Positions 15,788-27,215 of a DNA stretch of 34,517 nucleotides are shown piece after piece. The DNA is from Polyangiaceae bacterium (GTDB taxonomy: Bacteria; Myxococcota_A; Polyangia; Polyangiales; Polyangiaceae). The stretch's first letter is position 1; the number at the start of each line of letters is the position of its first letter. The DNA is taken from NCBI GenBank assembly GCA_044222475.1, contig JBGANF010000088.1:1-34517 (forward strand), read 5' to 3'. The notes under the pieces were generated by a model. The model saw only the letters and a list, made by a program, of their open reading frames with translations. It was not told where the DNA came from and made no database searches. The translations under genes were made by a program, and so were the position numbers.

Positions 15788-17056
15788 TTAGTCACGATTC
15801 GCGCCGGCGGAAGGGGTGCCGAACGCGACCAGCTCGCGGTTCACTTCGCCGGCGATTCGCGCCGGATCGACCGGCAAGCGGCTATCGGTGCTGATCCCGA
15901 CCCGCAGTCGCCCGGCGTACGAGAAGAGCGATACGCCCACCCCGATGCTCCCGGGAGACGGAGCCCACACGAGGACGTCGGACACCGACGCGCCGGCGAC
16001 GCGGATTGGCGCGTCCGGGCCGCGAACGTTCGAGACCATCACCGTGGCTTTTCGCGAGAAGAGGGCGACACCGACCCGTTCGACCTTCGCCGTGAGGACT
16101 CCCGCGGCGCGGACGACGCCGGTGCCGGCCGCGACCGCGCCGCGTGCGCGAAGCTCGTGGACGTCGTGATCGATCGATCGCGCTCGCGCGACGGGATCGG
16201 CGACGCCGATCGGCAGTGGGACGAACATCGACGCATACTGATTCCCGGCCACGCCCGACCCATGCTCGAGCCTCACCGGCACGAGCGCGTGGAGCGCGAG
16301 GCTTCGATCGGGCGCTCGGCCCGTCACCCTCTCGATCTCGGCGCGCAGCGCGCCGGCGACGGCGGCGAGCAACAGATCGTTGATGGTCACGCCGAGCGCG
16401 TGCGATGCGTCTCCGACCGTCGCGAGCGACACGGCTTCGGTGAACGCCAGTCGTTTCCGTCCACCCAGGTGCGCACGGAGCGGCGTGGCGGGCTCACCCG
16501 GATGCATGAGCAGCTTCGCGGCGCTCCGCGCCGCCGCGAGCACTCGCGAGGGGCTGGGCCACCCGCGCTTTGCGGTCCGCGGCTTCGTCGCGGCGGGGGG
16601 GCCTCCGCGATCGCCGAGCTCGGCGAGCAACGCGACCAGGCCGGAGCCATCGGCGATGCAGTGATGCACGAGGAGGACGAGCGCCGAAGCACCGCTCGGC
16701 TGCGGCACGAGGTGGGCCGACCACAAGGGGCGTGCTTCGTCCAACGGGATCGCGAGCCGCTCGGCGACGACGTCGAGTACGGCGGCCGGCGACGTGCGGA
16801 CGTCGAGGTGATCGCGCACGTCGAATCGCTCCACGTCGACCCATCGTGGGGTGCCGAGCCCGAACCGCGGCTCCTCCACCCGCTGGCGGAAGCGCTCGTG
16901 AGGAAGGACGCGTCGCAAGAGGAGGTCTTCGACGACCTCGCGCTCGATCGCCCGATCGAAGAGGAGCGCGGCCGCGATCACCATCGGGTTCTCCGGCACG
17001 CTCATGTGGAGGCGTGCGGCGTCCTGAGGCGCCATGGGGCGACCGCGCTCGATCAT
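15788..17056 (-). CDS. Wax ester synthase / diacylglycerol acyltransferase (WS/DGAT)
   Basis: N-terminal PQDAARL..ENPMVI, PLDEARPLWS, catalytic HHCIADG, TINDLLLAAVAGALR, VSNVRGP, SLFSYAG. Confidence 0.9.
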   Translation of the reverse strand: MIERGRPMAPQDAARLHMSVPENPMVIAAALLFDRAIEREVVEDLLLRRVLPHERFRQRVEEPRFGLGTPRWVDVERFDVRDHLDVRTSPAAVLDVVAERLAIPLDEARPLWSAHLVPQPSGASALVLLVHHCIADGSGLVALLAELGDRGGPPAATKPRTAKRGWPSPSRVLAAARSAAKLLMHPGEPATPLRAHLGGRKRLAFTEAVSLATVGDASHALGVTINDLLLAAVAGALRAEIERVTGRAPDRSLALHALVPVRLEHGSGVAGNQYASMFVPLPIGVADPVARARSIDHDVHELRARGAVAAGTGVVRAAGVLTAKVERVGVALFSRKATVMVSNVRGPDAPIRVAGASVSDVLVWAPSPGSIGVGVSLFSYAGRLRVGISTDSRLPVDPARIAGEVNRELVAFGTPSAGANRD

Positions 17057-17062
17057 GGCGAC

Positions 17063-18826
17063 TCAGTTCGGTGTGGGCACGACGACGACGTCGTTGATCG
17101 GGAGGACGCTCGCACCGCTCGGGTACGCGTAGCTCACCGTCGTGTCCCAGCCCCACACCGTGAGGCCGAAGCCGGTCGTCGACGTCGCCTCGTGGAGGCC
17201 GTTGTTGCACTGGCCCTGCGCCGCGCCGTTCACGACGAGATCGACGCGGGTGTACTGGTAGTCACCGTTTCCGACGGGGAGCCATCCGCCGAGCGTGCCC
17301 TTGCAGTCGAGGCTCACGTCACGGAAGGTGCCGTCGCCTGCCTTCTTGCGGATGAAGACGAGGTTCGTGTTCTTCATCGTCGGGTCGGTGAAGAAGATGT
17401 ACTTTGCAAGGTATTCTTGCGGCGCGATGACGTTGACCCACTCCGGGTCGCCGGTGCCGAAGTCGGTGCCCTGCGAGCTCTGACCGGTCATGTAGCCGCC
17501 CATGTAGAACGGGTGCTTTTCGTCCTGGCTCTTCACGACGAAGGGCGCCGACGCGCTGAACTGGACGAGCTGGCCCTTGTTGATCGAGAGCGGCGCGCCG
17601 GTCGGCGGCCCGGGATCGTACGAGAGCTGCGTGCCGTCGACCGCGCCCACGAGACGCCACGGCGGCTTCTCGTCGGTGCCGCTGCGGTTCTTGTGCTTCA
17701 CCGCGACGTACTGGTAGCCGAGCGCCTTCACCGGGAAGAGCTCCTGGTGCGCGGAGTCGCACGCGACGTCGCTCACGTCCACGTCCATGCAGCTGTTGCC
17801 GCCCCACACCCCGATCGGCTTCGTGCTCTGGATGGGGCTGCCGTTGAGCTCCGCGTCCTGCTTGAGCTGGAGGACTTGACCGCGGTTCAGCGAGTAGGTG
17901 TGCGGCACGCCCTTTCCGGTGCCGGCGACGCCGTTGCCACCGACGATCGCCGCGGTCGGGCTGATGGTCACGTCGGTCCCGTCCTCGGCCGCGGCGATCT
18001 CGATGAACGGCTGCGCGGTGGCGCCGGCGTTGACCGGGCGCGCGTACGCGTCGACCGCGACGTAGTTCGTGTCCCACGCGCTCGTCGGGATGAGGAGCGT
18101 GGCGCTGGAGATGTAGCTCTGCGCGCCGCCGTACGGGAAGATGTCGTACGCGACCACCGGAGCAGAGCTCGAGATGTGGAACCCGTGGATCATCTCGGTG
18201 AACTCGCTCGACGCGTTCGGGTTCGTGTAACCGGCGGCGATCGGACACGCGGTCGGTAGGGGAGGGTTCGTCGACGACGTCGCGTCGGCGAGGAACAGGA
18301 TCGCCATCTTGCCCGCCGGAAGCTTGCCGTTCGGGAGCGGTTGGTACGTGATGTTCGAGCCGCTGCCGACCGGGATGCGCGCGATGCTCGCCGCATCGAG
18401 CTTCTGACCGGCGAACTCGACGTCGAGGGTGACGTCGCCGGTCCAGAGGTTCGCGATGTACGCGGCGAAGCACGAGCCGTTGGCCTCGCCATCGGTGCCG
18501 GGATCGACCGCGTAGTAGTCGCAACCGATGGTGCTCTTGTTCGACTTCGCGCTCTCGCAGGCCGGCACGCACGAGCCGCCGGGACCGCAACCCTTGTCCG
18601 GTGGGCAGGTGGTGAGAACGTTGTCGTTGCAGTCGAGCACGCTGTGCAGATCGGCCGAGCATTTCACGCACGAGCCGCCGTCCCCGGACGCGTCGCCGAG
18701 GTTGAACGGCGAGTCGGAGCCGCCTCCGTCGTTGCCGAAGCCGGTTGGCGTCGATCCGCACGCGGCGAACACGGCGAACGCGATGCCTAGGGGAAAGACG
18801 AGCAGGAGCGGGGCGATGCGGCGCAT
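17063..18826 (-). CDS. Lipoprotein with IgGFc-binding-protein N-terminal domain
   Basis: Lipobox FAAC; IGCDYYAVD, SSATLLIPTSAWDTNY, DSAHQELFPVKALG, GDPE, GLTVWGWD, SYAYPSG as in myxobacterial IgGFc_binding proteins. Confidence 0.8.
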   Translation of the reverse strand: MRRIAPLLLVFPLGIAFAVFAACGSTPTGFGNDGGGSDSPFNLGDASGDGGSCVKCSADLHSVLDCNDNVLTTCPPDKGCGPGGSCVPACESAKSNKSTIGCDYYAVDPGTDGEANGSCFAAYIANLWTGDVTLDVEFAGQKLDAASIARIPVGSGSNITYQPLPNGKLPAGKMAILFLADATSSTNPPLPTACPIAAGYTNPNASSEFTEMIHGFHISSSAPVVAYDIFPYGGAQSYISSATLLIPTSAWDTNYVAVDAYARPVNAGATAQPFIEIAAAEDGTDVTISPTAAIVGGNGVAGTGKGVPHTYSLNRGQVLQLKQDAELNGSPIQSTKPIGVWGGNSCMDVDVSDVACDSAHQELFPVKALGYQYVAVKHKNRSGTDEKPPWRLVGAVDGTQLSYDPGPPTGAPLSINKGQLVQFSASAPFVVKSQDEKHPFYMGGYMTGQSSQGTDFGTGDPEWVNVIAPQEYLAKYIFFTDPTMKNTNLVFIRKKAGDGTFRDVSLDCKGTLGGWLPVGNGDYQYTRVDLVVNGAAQGQCNNGLHEATSTTGFGLTVWGWDTTVSYAYPSGASVLPINDVVVVPTPN

Positions 18827-18845
18827 GGGATGCGAAGCATAGCCC

Positions 18846-19907
18846 TTAGTTCGCGCAGCAGAGGGACATCTGACCCGAGAGCGACGCCGAGCCCTGGAGC
18901 GGAACCGTGGGGCTGCTGTTCGAGCAGCTCGCGCCCTGGTTCGACGTCGTGGCCTTGTACGAGCCGATCGTGGTCGCGTTCAGCCCAGTGGGGGCGCAAA
19001 CGCCGAGGGTCACCGTCGCGAGCGGGTTGCCCTGGCAGGCGTTGTTGGACGAGTAGAAGGAGACGGTCCCGGTGCAACCACCGCTGGCCGAGCAGCCGCA
19101 GCTACCGCACGTTCGCTGGTCGTTGATGCCGGTGCCCACCGTCGAAGCGTTGGGCCACGTGCTCGGACACGTCGCGTTCGCCGGCACGATCATGCACGCC
19201 TTGAACGACGGGACGGGCGTGATGGGCAAGCACGCCTTGCCGGTGCCGCATCCGCCGCCGCCCTTGGGGAGCTGGCTCTTGCAGATCCGACCGTTCGTCG
19301 GGCTCAGGGTCGGTAGGGTGGACTTCGCGTTGCAGCTCGTCCCGGCGGAGAGCGAGGGGGTCTTCGCGGCGACTTGAATGTCGAAAGTGGCCGCGTGACA
19401 GGCGTTGTCGAGGGTGAGCGTCCGGGTGTTGTTGATGGTCGTGCAGCTCGTGTTCTCGTCGTTGTCGAGCGTCGTCGTCGCGGGGCACGTGGCCAGTACG
19501 GTGCAGCTGCAGCTGCACGAGCTGGCGACCGCGCCCACGCTCGTGACGAGGTCGGTCGCGGTGCTCGTGCCCGGGCAAGCGGGCCTCGCGCTCGCCGCGT
19601 ACCACCCGAACTCGCCGCCGGCCACCTCGTCGGCGCAGGCGTATCCGTTCTGGGTGCACGACGACTCTTCGCAGTCCGTCTTCCCGTTGCAGTCGTTGTC
19701 GATCCCGTCGGTGCAGTCGGTTTCGGTCTTCTGGCAGACCGGCGCTGCTTCGGGGATCGCGTCCGCAATGACGTCCACTCGCACGTCGGGCGCCGTGCCG
19801 GAGTCGCCCTCGTCGGTGTCGATGTCGAGGGAGCTCAGGCCGCTGATGTTGGCGCAACCGCCGAGCAAGAGCGCGAGCGGGAGCAGCGCAGGACGAAGCA
19901 GGGCCAC
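18846..19907 (-). CDS. Cys-rich lipoprotein with a putative metal-binding DGIDNDCNG motif
   Basis: Lipobox LLGGC; ETDCTDGIDNDCNGKTDC; many Cys motifs (CSCSC, CGSCGC, terminal CC). Confidence 0.75.
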   Translation of the reverse strand: MALLRPALLPLALLLGGCANISGLSSLDIDTDEGDSGTAPDVRVDVIADAIPEAAPVCQKTETDCTDGIDNDCNGKTDCEESSCTQNGYACADEVAGGEFGWYAASARPACPGTSTATDLVTSVGAVASSCSCSCTVLATCPATTTLDNDENTSCTTINNTRTLTLDNACHAATFDIQVAAKTPSLSAGTSCNAKSTLPTLSPTNGRICKSQLPKGGGGCGTGKACLPITPVPSFKACMIVPANATCPSTWPNASTVGTGINDQRTCGSCGCSASGGCTGTVSFYSSNNACQGNPLATVTLGVCAPTGLNATTIGSYKATTSNQGASCSNSSPTVPLQGSASLSGQMSLCCAN

Positions 19908-19968
19908 GGTTCCATCGTGCCTGCGTTCTCCCCGATCGTCCAGAGGGTAAACGGAGAGGCCTGGTTGG

Positions 19969-21408
19969 TCATTGCGAAGGCGAGGCGTACAGAGAGCTGC
20001 CGCGAACGTTCTCGTCGACGACGAGCGGAGACTTCAACGACGGGAACGCGCGCTGCTCGCAGTCGGTGCGCTCGCACGTGCGACACGTCACGCCGACCGG
20101 AACCGTGATGCCCGGGTTCTCGAGATCGACGCCGTCCGAGTACACGAGCTCCTTCGCGTGCTCGAGCGCGCAGCCCAGCCCGATCGCCATCACCGGCTGC
20201 TGCGCGTGGTACCCGCCGGAGTCCTTCTGGATCGTGCGCGCCAGACAGAAGAACACCGATCCATCGGGCATGCGCGACACCTGGATGCGAATCATCCCGG
20301 GGGTGAGGAAGGCGGCGAAGATGTTCCACCGCGGGCACGCACCGGAGTAGCGCGCGATCCGGATCCCGCTCGCGCTGAAGCGCTTCGAGATGTTCCCCGC
20401 GACGTCGATCCGGATCATGTGGAACGGCACGCCCTCGGCACCGGGGCGCCGCAACGTCGTGAGCCGATGGCAGACCTGCTCGAAGCCCACGCGAAACCGC
20501 CGGCCGAGCACGTCGATGTCGTAGCGCTCTTCCTTCGCCGCCTTCTGGAATTGGGCGTAGGGCATCATCACCGCGCCTGCGAAATAGTTCGCTAGCGCGA
20601 CGGTGGCGAGGGCGCGCGCGTCGTCGGTCGTGAGGTACGTGTCCTTCACGAGCGCGTCGATCGTCTGATGTTGCTCGAGGAGCGCGACCTGGTACGCGAG
20701 CTGGAACGTCCTCGTTCGCGTCGGGAGGAGCTCGCTCAAGGTGAGCGTCTTCTTCGCGGGCTCGTAGCGGCGCAGCGTCCCACGCTCGGCGCCGGTTCGT
20801 GCGATTTGCACCGTGACGCCGTGCTCGCGCTCGAGGTGACGGATCAGCCCCGGGTAGAGATCGTCGATGACGAGCTTCCCCTTCTTCATCAGCGACTCGG
20901 CCCCCGCCTCGAGGTCGGCGAAGTGGTTCATGTGCCGCTGGATGAGGTCGCTCACCTCCTCGGACGGAACCGACGATCGGTCGAGCGCGCCCGTGCCCTC
21001 GCCCTCGCTGATCCGCGACGACAGGTCGTCGGCCGTGCTCCGCGCGCCTCGGTAGGCGCGGTAGAGCGACAACACCGCGCGGGCTGCCGCGGGGCTCGAC
21101 GTCGCCATCTCGCGTACGTCGCCCGACGTCAGGCCTTGGTCCTCGAAGAGCGGATCGGCGAACGCTTCGAGCAGATCGGCGACCAGGCGAGCGTCCTCGT
21201 CGCCGGCGAACGAACCGATGTCGACGTTGAGTTGTTGGGCCAGCTTGATGAGGAGCGGGGCGGGGAGCGGCCGCCGATTGTTCTCGATGAGGTTCAGGTA
21301 GCTCGCCGAGATCCCCAGCTTGTCCGCGAGCTCGACCTGGCTGAGCCGCTCCCGGCGGCGCAAAGCGCGCACCTTGTTTCCCAGCTTCGGCGTTTCTCGC
21401 TCGACCAT
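19969..21408 (-). CDS. ramB: XRE-family short-chain fatty acyl-CoA regulator (ScfR/RamB/PrpR family)
   Basis: HTH LSQVELADKLGISASYLNLIENNRRP, ANYFAGAVMMPY, FEQVCHRLTTL, RIDVAGNISKRFS, GACPRW, C-terminal CRTCERTDCEQRAFP. Divergent from aceB-aceA; the symbol is assigned from that context. Confidence 0.85.
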   Translation of the reverse strand: MVERETPKLGNKVRALRRRERLSQVELADKLGISASYLNLIENNRRPLPAPLLIKLAQQLNVDIGSFAGDEDARLVADLLEAFADPLFEDQGLTSGDVREMATSSPAAARAVLSLYRAYRGARSTADDLSSRISEGEGTGALDRSSVPSEEVSDLIQRHMNHFADLEAGAESLMKKGKLVIDDLYPGLIRHLEREHGVTVQIARTGAERGTLRRYEPAKKTLTLSELLPTRTRTFQLAYQVALLEQHQTIDALVKDTYLTTDDARALATVALANYFAGAVMMPYAQFQKAAKEERYDIDVLGRRFRVGFEQVCHRLTTLRRPGAEGVPFHMIRIDVAGNISKRFSASGIRIARYSGACPRWNIFAAFLTPGMIRIQVSRMPDGSVFFCLARTIQKDSGGYHAQQPVMAIGLGCALEHAKELVYSDGVDLENPGITVPVGVTCRTCERTDCEQRAFPSLKSPLVVDENVRGSSLYASPSQ

Positions 21409-21431
21409 GACGCAAGGCTAGCACCGGCCGT

Positions 21432-21470
21432 AATTGACACAATTGACAAATTTTCAACGTGTCATTGACA
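21432..21470. promoter_or_regulatory. Candidate RamB/ScfR operator array
   Basis: AATTGACA at 21432 and 21441, near-palindrome TTGACAAATTTTCAA at 21443-21457, palindrome TGTCA-T-TGACA at 21460-21470, within an AT-rich gap. Confidence 0.6.
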
Positions 21471-21575
21471 ACGTGGATACTGAGTTTTCCAAGTATTCAC
21501 GCATATTTGGTTGAACACTGTTCGCCTGAGTCGCATCTTACGAGTGCTGCAACGCACTGCGGCAAAGAGGCCCCG

Positions 21576-23189
<1,614 letters not shown>

Positions 23190-23197
23190 GGATCACC

Positions 23198-24472
23198 ATG
23201 AGCGCTGCTACCCAGATGACCGATCAGATGTTCACCCAGAAGAGCGAGCGCTTCGCCGGCATCACCCGGCCGTACGCCCAAGCCGACGTGCAGCGCCTCC
23301 GCGGCAGCTTTCGCGTCGAGCACACGATCGCTCGGCTCGGCGCGGAGCGCCTCTGGAACCTCCTCCACTCCGAAGACTACGTGAACGCGCTCGGCGCGCT
23401 CACCGGCAACCAAGCGGTCCAGCAGGTGCGCGCCGGTCTCCAGGCGATCTACCTCTCTGGTTGGCAAGTGGCCGCCGACGCGAACACCGCCGGCCGGATG
23501 TACCCGGACCAGAGCCTCTACCCGGTCGACAGCGTGCCGAACGTCGTTCGTCGCATCAACGCTGCGCTCCTCCGCGCGGACCAGATCGACCACGCCGAGG
23601 GCAACCACGACCGCTACTGGCTCGCGCCGATCGTCGCGGACGCCGAAGCCGGCTTCGGTGGCCCGCTCAACGCGCACGAGCTCATGAAGAGCATGATCGA
23701 AGCGGGCGCGGCCGGCGTTCACTTCGAAGACCAGCTCGCGAGCGAGAAGAAGTGCGGGCACATGGGCGGCAAGGTGCTCGTGCCCACGTCGCACTTCATC
23801 CGCACCCTCGTAGCGGCGCGCCTCGCGGCCGACGTGTACGACGTGCCGACGCTCGTCATCGCCCGCACCGACGCCGACAGCGCGAAGCTCCTCACGAGCG
23901 ACGTCGACGAGCGCGACCGCCCGTTCATCGAGAAGGGCGAGCGCACGGCCGAGGGCTTCTACCACCTGAAGAGCGGCGTCGAGACCGCCATCGCCCGCGG
24001 CCTGGCGTACGCGCCGTTCGCCGACCTCATCTGGTGCGAGACGTCCACCCCCGACCTCGAGCAAGCGAAGCAGTTCGCCGAGGGGATCCGGAAGCAGTTC
24101 CCGAACAAGCTCCTCGCCTACAACTGCTCGCCGTCGTTCAACTGGAAGAAGAACCTCGACGACGCGACGATCGCCAAGTTCCAGCGGGAGCTGGGGGCGA
24201 TGGGCTACAAGTTCCAGTTCGTGACCCTCGCTGGGTTCCACTCGCTGAACTACGGAATGTACGAGCTCGCTCGCAACTACAAGGCTCGTGGGATGGCGGC
24301 TTACTCCGAGCTCCAGCAGGCCGAGTTCGCGGCCGAGAAGAATGGCTACACCGCGACCCGCCACCAGCGCGAGGTGGGTACGGGCTACTTCGACCAGGTG
24401 GCCGAGGTCATCAGCGGCGGCGTTTCGTCGACCCTGGCCCTCGTCGGCAGCACCGAAGAACACCAGTTCTGA
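23198..24472 (+). CDS. aceA: Isocitrate lyase
   Basis: [25 protein letters not shown], signature [35 protein letters not shown] before ATG 23198. Confidence 0.97.
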   Translation: MSAATQMTDQMFTQKSERFAGITRPYAQADVQRLRGSFRVEHTIARLGAERLWNLLHSEDYVNALGALTGNQAVQQVRAGLQAIYLSGWQVAADANTAGRMYPDQSLYPVDSVPNVVRRINAALLRADQIDHAEGNHDRYWLAPIVADAEAGFGGPLNAHELMKSMIEAGAAGVHFEDQLASEKKCGHMGGKVLVPTSHFIRTLVAARLAADVYDVPTLVIARTDADSAKLLTSDVDERDRPFIEKGERTAEGFYHLKSGVETAIARGLAYAPFADLIWCETSTPDLEQAKQFAEGIRKQFPNKLLAYNCSPSFNWKKNLDDATIAKFQRELGAMGYKFQFVTLAGFHSLNYGMYELARNYKARGMAAYSELQQAEFAAEKNGYTATRHQREVGTGYFDQVAEVISGGVSSTLALVGSTEEHQF

Positions 24473-24478
24473 CCCGTC

Positions 24479-24495
24479 GGCGACGCCACGTCGCC
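24479..24495 (+). terminator. GC hairpin right after the aceA stop, no U-tract
   Basis: GGCGACG-cca-CGTCGCC. Confidence 0.35.
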
Positions 24496-24535
24496 AAGCT
24501 GGCGCGGAGGGCCGCGGCGTGAGAATGTGCGCTCG

Positions 24536-25039
24536 ATGAGTGCCCGTCGCGCCGCAGCCCGCTTCGCCCTGCTCGCCGTCTTGGCGATCGGCGCGGCCGC
24601 GTGCGGCGGTCGGCCGGCGCAAACCAGCGGCGGCATGGGCGTCCCGATGACGTCCGAGATCGTCGATCAGCGCGGCGCGGCGGCGTTTCGCTATCCCCGC
24701 CCCGTCGTGTTCGCCGCGACCGAGGCCGTGCTTCGTCGCGCGGGGTACCACATCGGCTTCGTCGATCAGGCCTTCACCTCGATGAAGACCGAGCCCATCC
24801 TCGCGGGCGATCCGACGCTGACCGCGTACGAGCGCAGCTACAGCGTCACCTTCTCCGACGTCGATGGAGGGACCCGCGTTCGAATCGCGCCCCACATGTG
24901 GCTCAACCGGCAGGACGTTTCCGCCACTCCCGTGTGGAACATGGACGGCCCGACGGGGGAGCTCGCTCTATGGGAGGGCATCTTCCGCGAGATCGACACC
25001 GCGCTCAAACAGCTCCCACCAGGCCAAGGCCAGCGGTGA
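24536..25039 (+). CDS. Hypothetical lipoprotein
   Basis: MSARRAAARFALLAVLAIGAAAC lipobox; alpha/beta pattern VFAATEAVLRRAGY...GTRVRI; GTGA overlap with the next gene. Confidence 0.7.
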   Translation: MSARRAAARFALLAVLAIGAAACGGRPAQTSGGMGVPMTSEIVDQRGAAAFRYPRPVVFAATEAVLRRAGYHIGFVDQAFTSMKTEPILAGDPTLTAYERSYSVTFSDVDGGTRVRIAPHMWLNRQDVSATPVWNMDGPTGELALWEGIFREIDTALKQLPPGQGQR

Positions 25040-25956
25040 GCGTGCGCGCGGTCGCGACCACGGCGGCGGCGGCGTTCGCCCACGCGGCGTTGCTCGTGCT
25101 CCTGCCGCGCGCTGCGCCGCCACCGGTCGAGCCTCCGCGTCCAGTCGAGGAGATCGCGATCGAGCTCACCCCGGCCGAGGTCGACGCGCTGACGACCGCC
25201 GTCGCGTCGAACGCCGTCACCGCGACGACCACGACGACGAACGAGCGCTTGTCCCATGTTGGGACGACCGTCAAGCTACCGGGCGAGATCGGTTCCGCTG
25301 GTTCGGTGGAGCCCGCGCCTTCGTCGTCGCAGCAGAGCGGCGGGGCGGTTCCCTTCGGCGGTCTCGTCGTGGTCCCGAGCGGCGATCGCAGCGCGATCGG
25401 GCTCGCCGGCGCTGATTCGTACCGCAACCAGACCGCGCTCGCCGGGGCAACCAACGACGGAAACCCGACCGCGAAGCAGCGTTTCGACCAGGCGCTGAAC
25501 GCGCCGCTCCTCGCCCACGACGCCGAGATGGGGATGCTCCAGGAGGGCCCGGCGATCGTCGCGCTCGAAGACGCGACGCGGGCGAGCGCCGGACCATTGG
25601 TCGGCACGGCGATCTTCGCGCTGACGTTCGACGCAAGCGGGACCGTCACCGGAGCCTCGGTCGAGAGCTCGTCCTCCGATCGGAGCACGTGGGAAGACAT
25701 CGCGCGCAAAGCCGTGGCGGCCCTCGCGCAGAAGCACGTGCGCGTGCCCGCCGGAGCGAGGGGCCTCGCGCTTCACATCGCCGTCGAGTCGAAGGTCGTC
25801 CTGCCGAGCGGCGCGAAGAGCCCCATCAGCGGCGTCGGCCTCAAAGGTGGGAGCACGAGCAACGTCGGACTGGGCGGAAACTTCGACGTCTCCGACATCG
25901 GCTCGAAGCCGAGCCGAGTCGTCGGCGCCCGCACGATCGGCTCGAGTACGCTCTAA
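25036..25956 (+). CDS. Hypothetical membrane-anchored protein, TonB-like architecture
   Basis: GTG 25036 overlaps the previous TGA; TM with AAAFAHAALLVLL, Pro-rich linker, C-terminal GTAIFALTFDASGTVTGASVESSS. Confidence 0.6.
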   Translation: MSVRAVATTAAAAFAHAALLVLLPRAAPPPVEPPRPVEEIAIELTPAEVDALTTAVASNAVTATTTTTNERLSHVGTTVKLPGEIGSAGSVEPAPSSSQQSGGAVPFGGLVVVPSGDRSAIGLAGADSYRNQTALAGATNDGNPTAKQRFDQALNAPLLAHDAEMGMLQEGPAIVALEDATRASAGPLVGTAIFALTFDASGTVTGASVESSSSDRSTWEDIARKAVAALAQKHVRVPAGARGLALHIAVESKVVLPSGAKSPISGVGLKGGSTSNVGLGGNFDVSDIGSKPSRVVGARTIGSSTL

Positions 25957-25957
25957 A

Positions 25958-25998
25958 TCGATACGAATCCCTCCGCTTCGCGTCGGGATTCGCGTCGA
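25958..25998. repeat. REP-like hairpin or bidirectional terminator between convergent genes
   Basis: CGAATCCC-tccgc-ttc-gcgtc-GGGATTCG, flanked by TCGA on both sides. Confidence 0.5.
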
Positions 25999-26004
25999 GT
26001 CCAG

Positions 26005-26418
26005 TCAGCGATCGCGGTCGCGGTCGCGTCCGCCGCGTCCGCCGCGTCCGCCGCCGCGGTCGCCGCCGCCACCGCCGTAGCCGCCGCCGCCACCACCACC
26101 GCCGTAGCCGCCGCCGCCGCCGCCGTAGCCGCCCCCACCGCCACGGCCACCGCCGCCGCCGCCGCGAGCCTCACGCTCCTGGGCCTCGTTCACGCGGAGC
26201 GCGCGCCCATCGAGCATCGCCCCGTTCATCGCCTGAATGGCGCGCTGCGCCTGTTCCTCCGACCCCATCGTCACGAAACCGAAACCGCGCGACCGTCCGC
26301 TGTCACGATCCTTCACGATGTGTGCATCGACCACTTCACCCGATTCCGCGAAGGCCGCACGGAGCCCTTCCACGGTCGAGTTGAACGACAGATTCCCCAC
26401 GTAGAGCCGAGTACCCAT
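26005..26418 (-). CDS. RRM (RNP-1) RNA-binding protein with Gly-rich/RGG tail
   Basis: RNP-2 LYVGNL, RNP-1 [23 protein letters not shown] tail. Confidence 0.95.
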   Translation of the reverse strand: MGTRLYVGNLSFNSTVEGLRAAFAESGEVVDAHIVKDRDSGRSRGFGFVTMGSEEQAQRAIQAMNGAMLDGRALRVNEAQEREARGGGGGGRGGGGGYGGGGGGYGGGGGGGGYGGGGGDRGGGRGGRGGRDRDRDR

Positions 26419-26493
26419 GATGTGTTCTCACCACCGCCTCCCGCGAGGGACCTGAAGCACGCCCCGATGGAAGGCCGTTCGGGACTACCCAAA

Positions 26494-26521
26494 AAAATAC
26501 CCGGACGCATGCGGATTACAA
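26494..26521 (-). promoter_or_regulatory. Sigma70-type promoter of the RRM gene
   Basis: Minus strand TTGTAA-N16-TATTTT, 75 nt before the ATG. Confidence 0.5.
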
Positions 26522-26564
26522 GAGTGCGGTGAGAAGCGGGAAAACCGTGAGTGCGACCTCGGCC

Positions 26565-27209
26565 CTAGGGCGGCTTTTCCCGGGGAACGACGGCGAAGGC
26601 GTCGAGCGTGATGTCTTCGAGCATCTTCAGGCGCACGGTCGCCAGGCGGTCGGAGAGGATCGTGGCTTCGCTGGCCGTCCCGCCGCCGCTCCCGCTTCCG
26701 GCGCTTCCGGCTACCTCGCTGCGAAAATGGAAGAAGATGCACTTGCGGATGCTCGAAGCGAACGCAAAGACGTGGCCGATGACCCCGGCGCGCCCCTTCG
26801 GCACCTCGGACGCGACCAGGACCCTCGTGTCCCAGCCTGCCGGGATGCTCGCGACCTCTTGATCGATCACGTCGAGCTCGAGGTCGGGCATGTAGCCGAG
26901 CTCGGTCGCTCGCAGCTCGCACTTGGCGCGGTTCATCAAGTCCTGCTCGGGCCAGAGCGCCACGTGGAGCTCGGAGTGGCTACCCTCGTGGGTCGCGACG
27001 AGCTCGCGGGTCGCGTGGTCGTCGATCTTCCACGCCTTCCCATCGACGAACGGGATCACCATCGCGAAGCGGATCGAATGGAACTTCGCCACCGGTCCGT
27101 CCTCGAACGTGGTCTTCGGCGGAGGCGTGACCGGAACGACGGGCTTCACGTCCGCGCCGGGCCCGCACGCTGCGATCCCCATCAAGACGCTGACGAGCAG
27201 TCCGGTCAC
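26565..27209 (-). CDS. Hypothetical lipoprotein
   Basis: GTG 27209 gives MTGLLVSVLMGIAAC (lipobox) followed by a globular region with a Cys pair. Start uncertain; the longer ORF call runs through a palindromic element and ilvE. Confidence 0.6.
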   Translation of the reverse strand: MTGLLVSVLMGIAACGPGADVKPVVPVTPPPKTTFEDGPVAKFHSIRFAMVIPFVDGKAWKIDDHATRELVATHEGSHSELHVALWPEQDLMNRAKCELRATELGYMPDLELDVIDQEVASIPAGWDTRVLVASEVPKGRAGVIGHVFAFASSIRKCIFFHFRSEVAGSAGSGSGGGTASEATILSDRLATVRLKMLEDITLDAFAVVPREKPP

Positions 27210-27215
27210 CGGGGC

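Noticed and set aside
14882..18259. 1125-aa plus-strand ORF, the longest in the track
   Set aside because: Antisense shadow of the lipase, WS/DGAT and IgGFc genes; Arg/Ala-rich with no motifs, as expected in high-GC DNA.
26010..26165. Tandem GCC/CCG-rich DNA repeats
   Set aside because: Encodes the ordinary Gly-rich RGG tail of the RRM protein; not an array.
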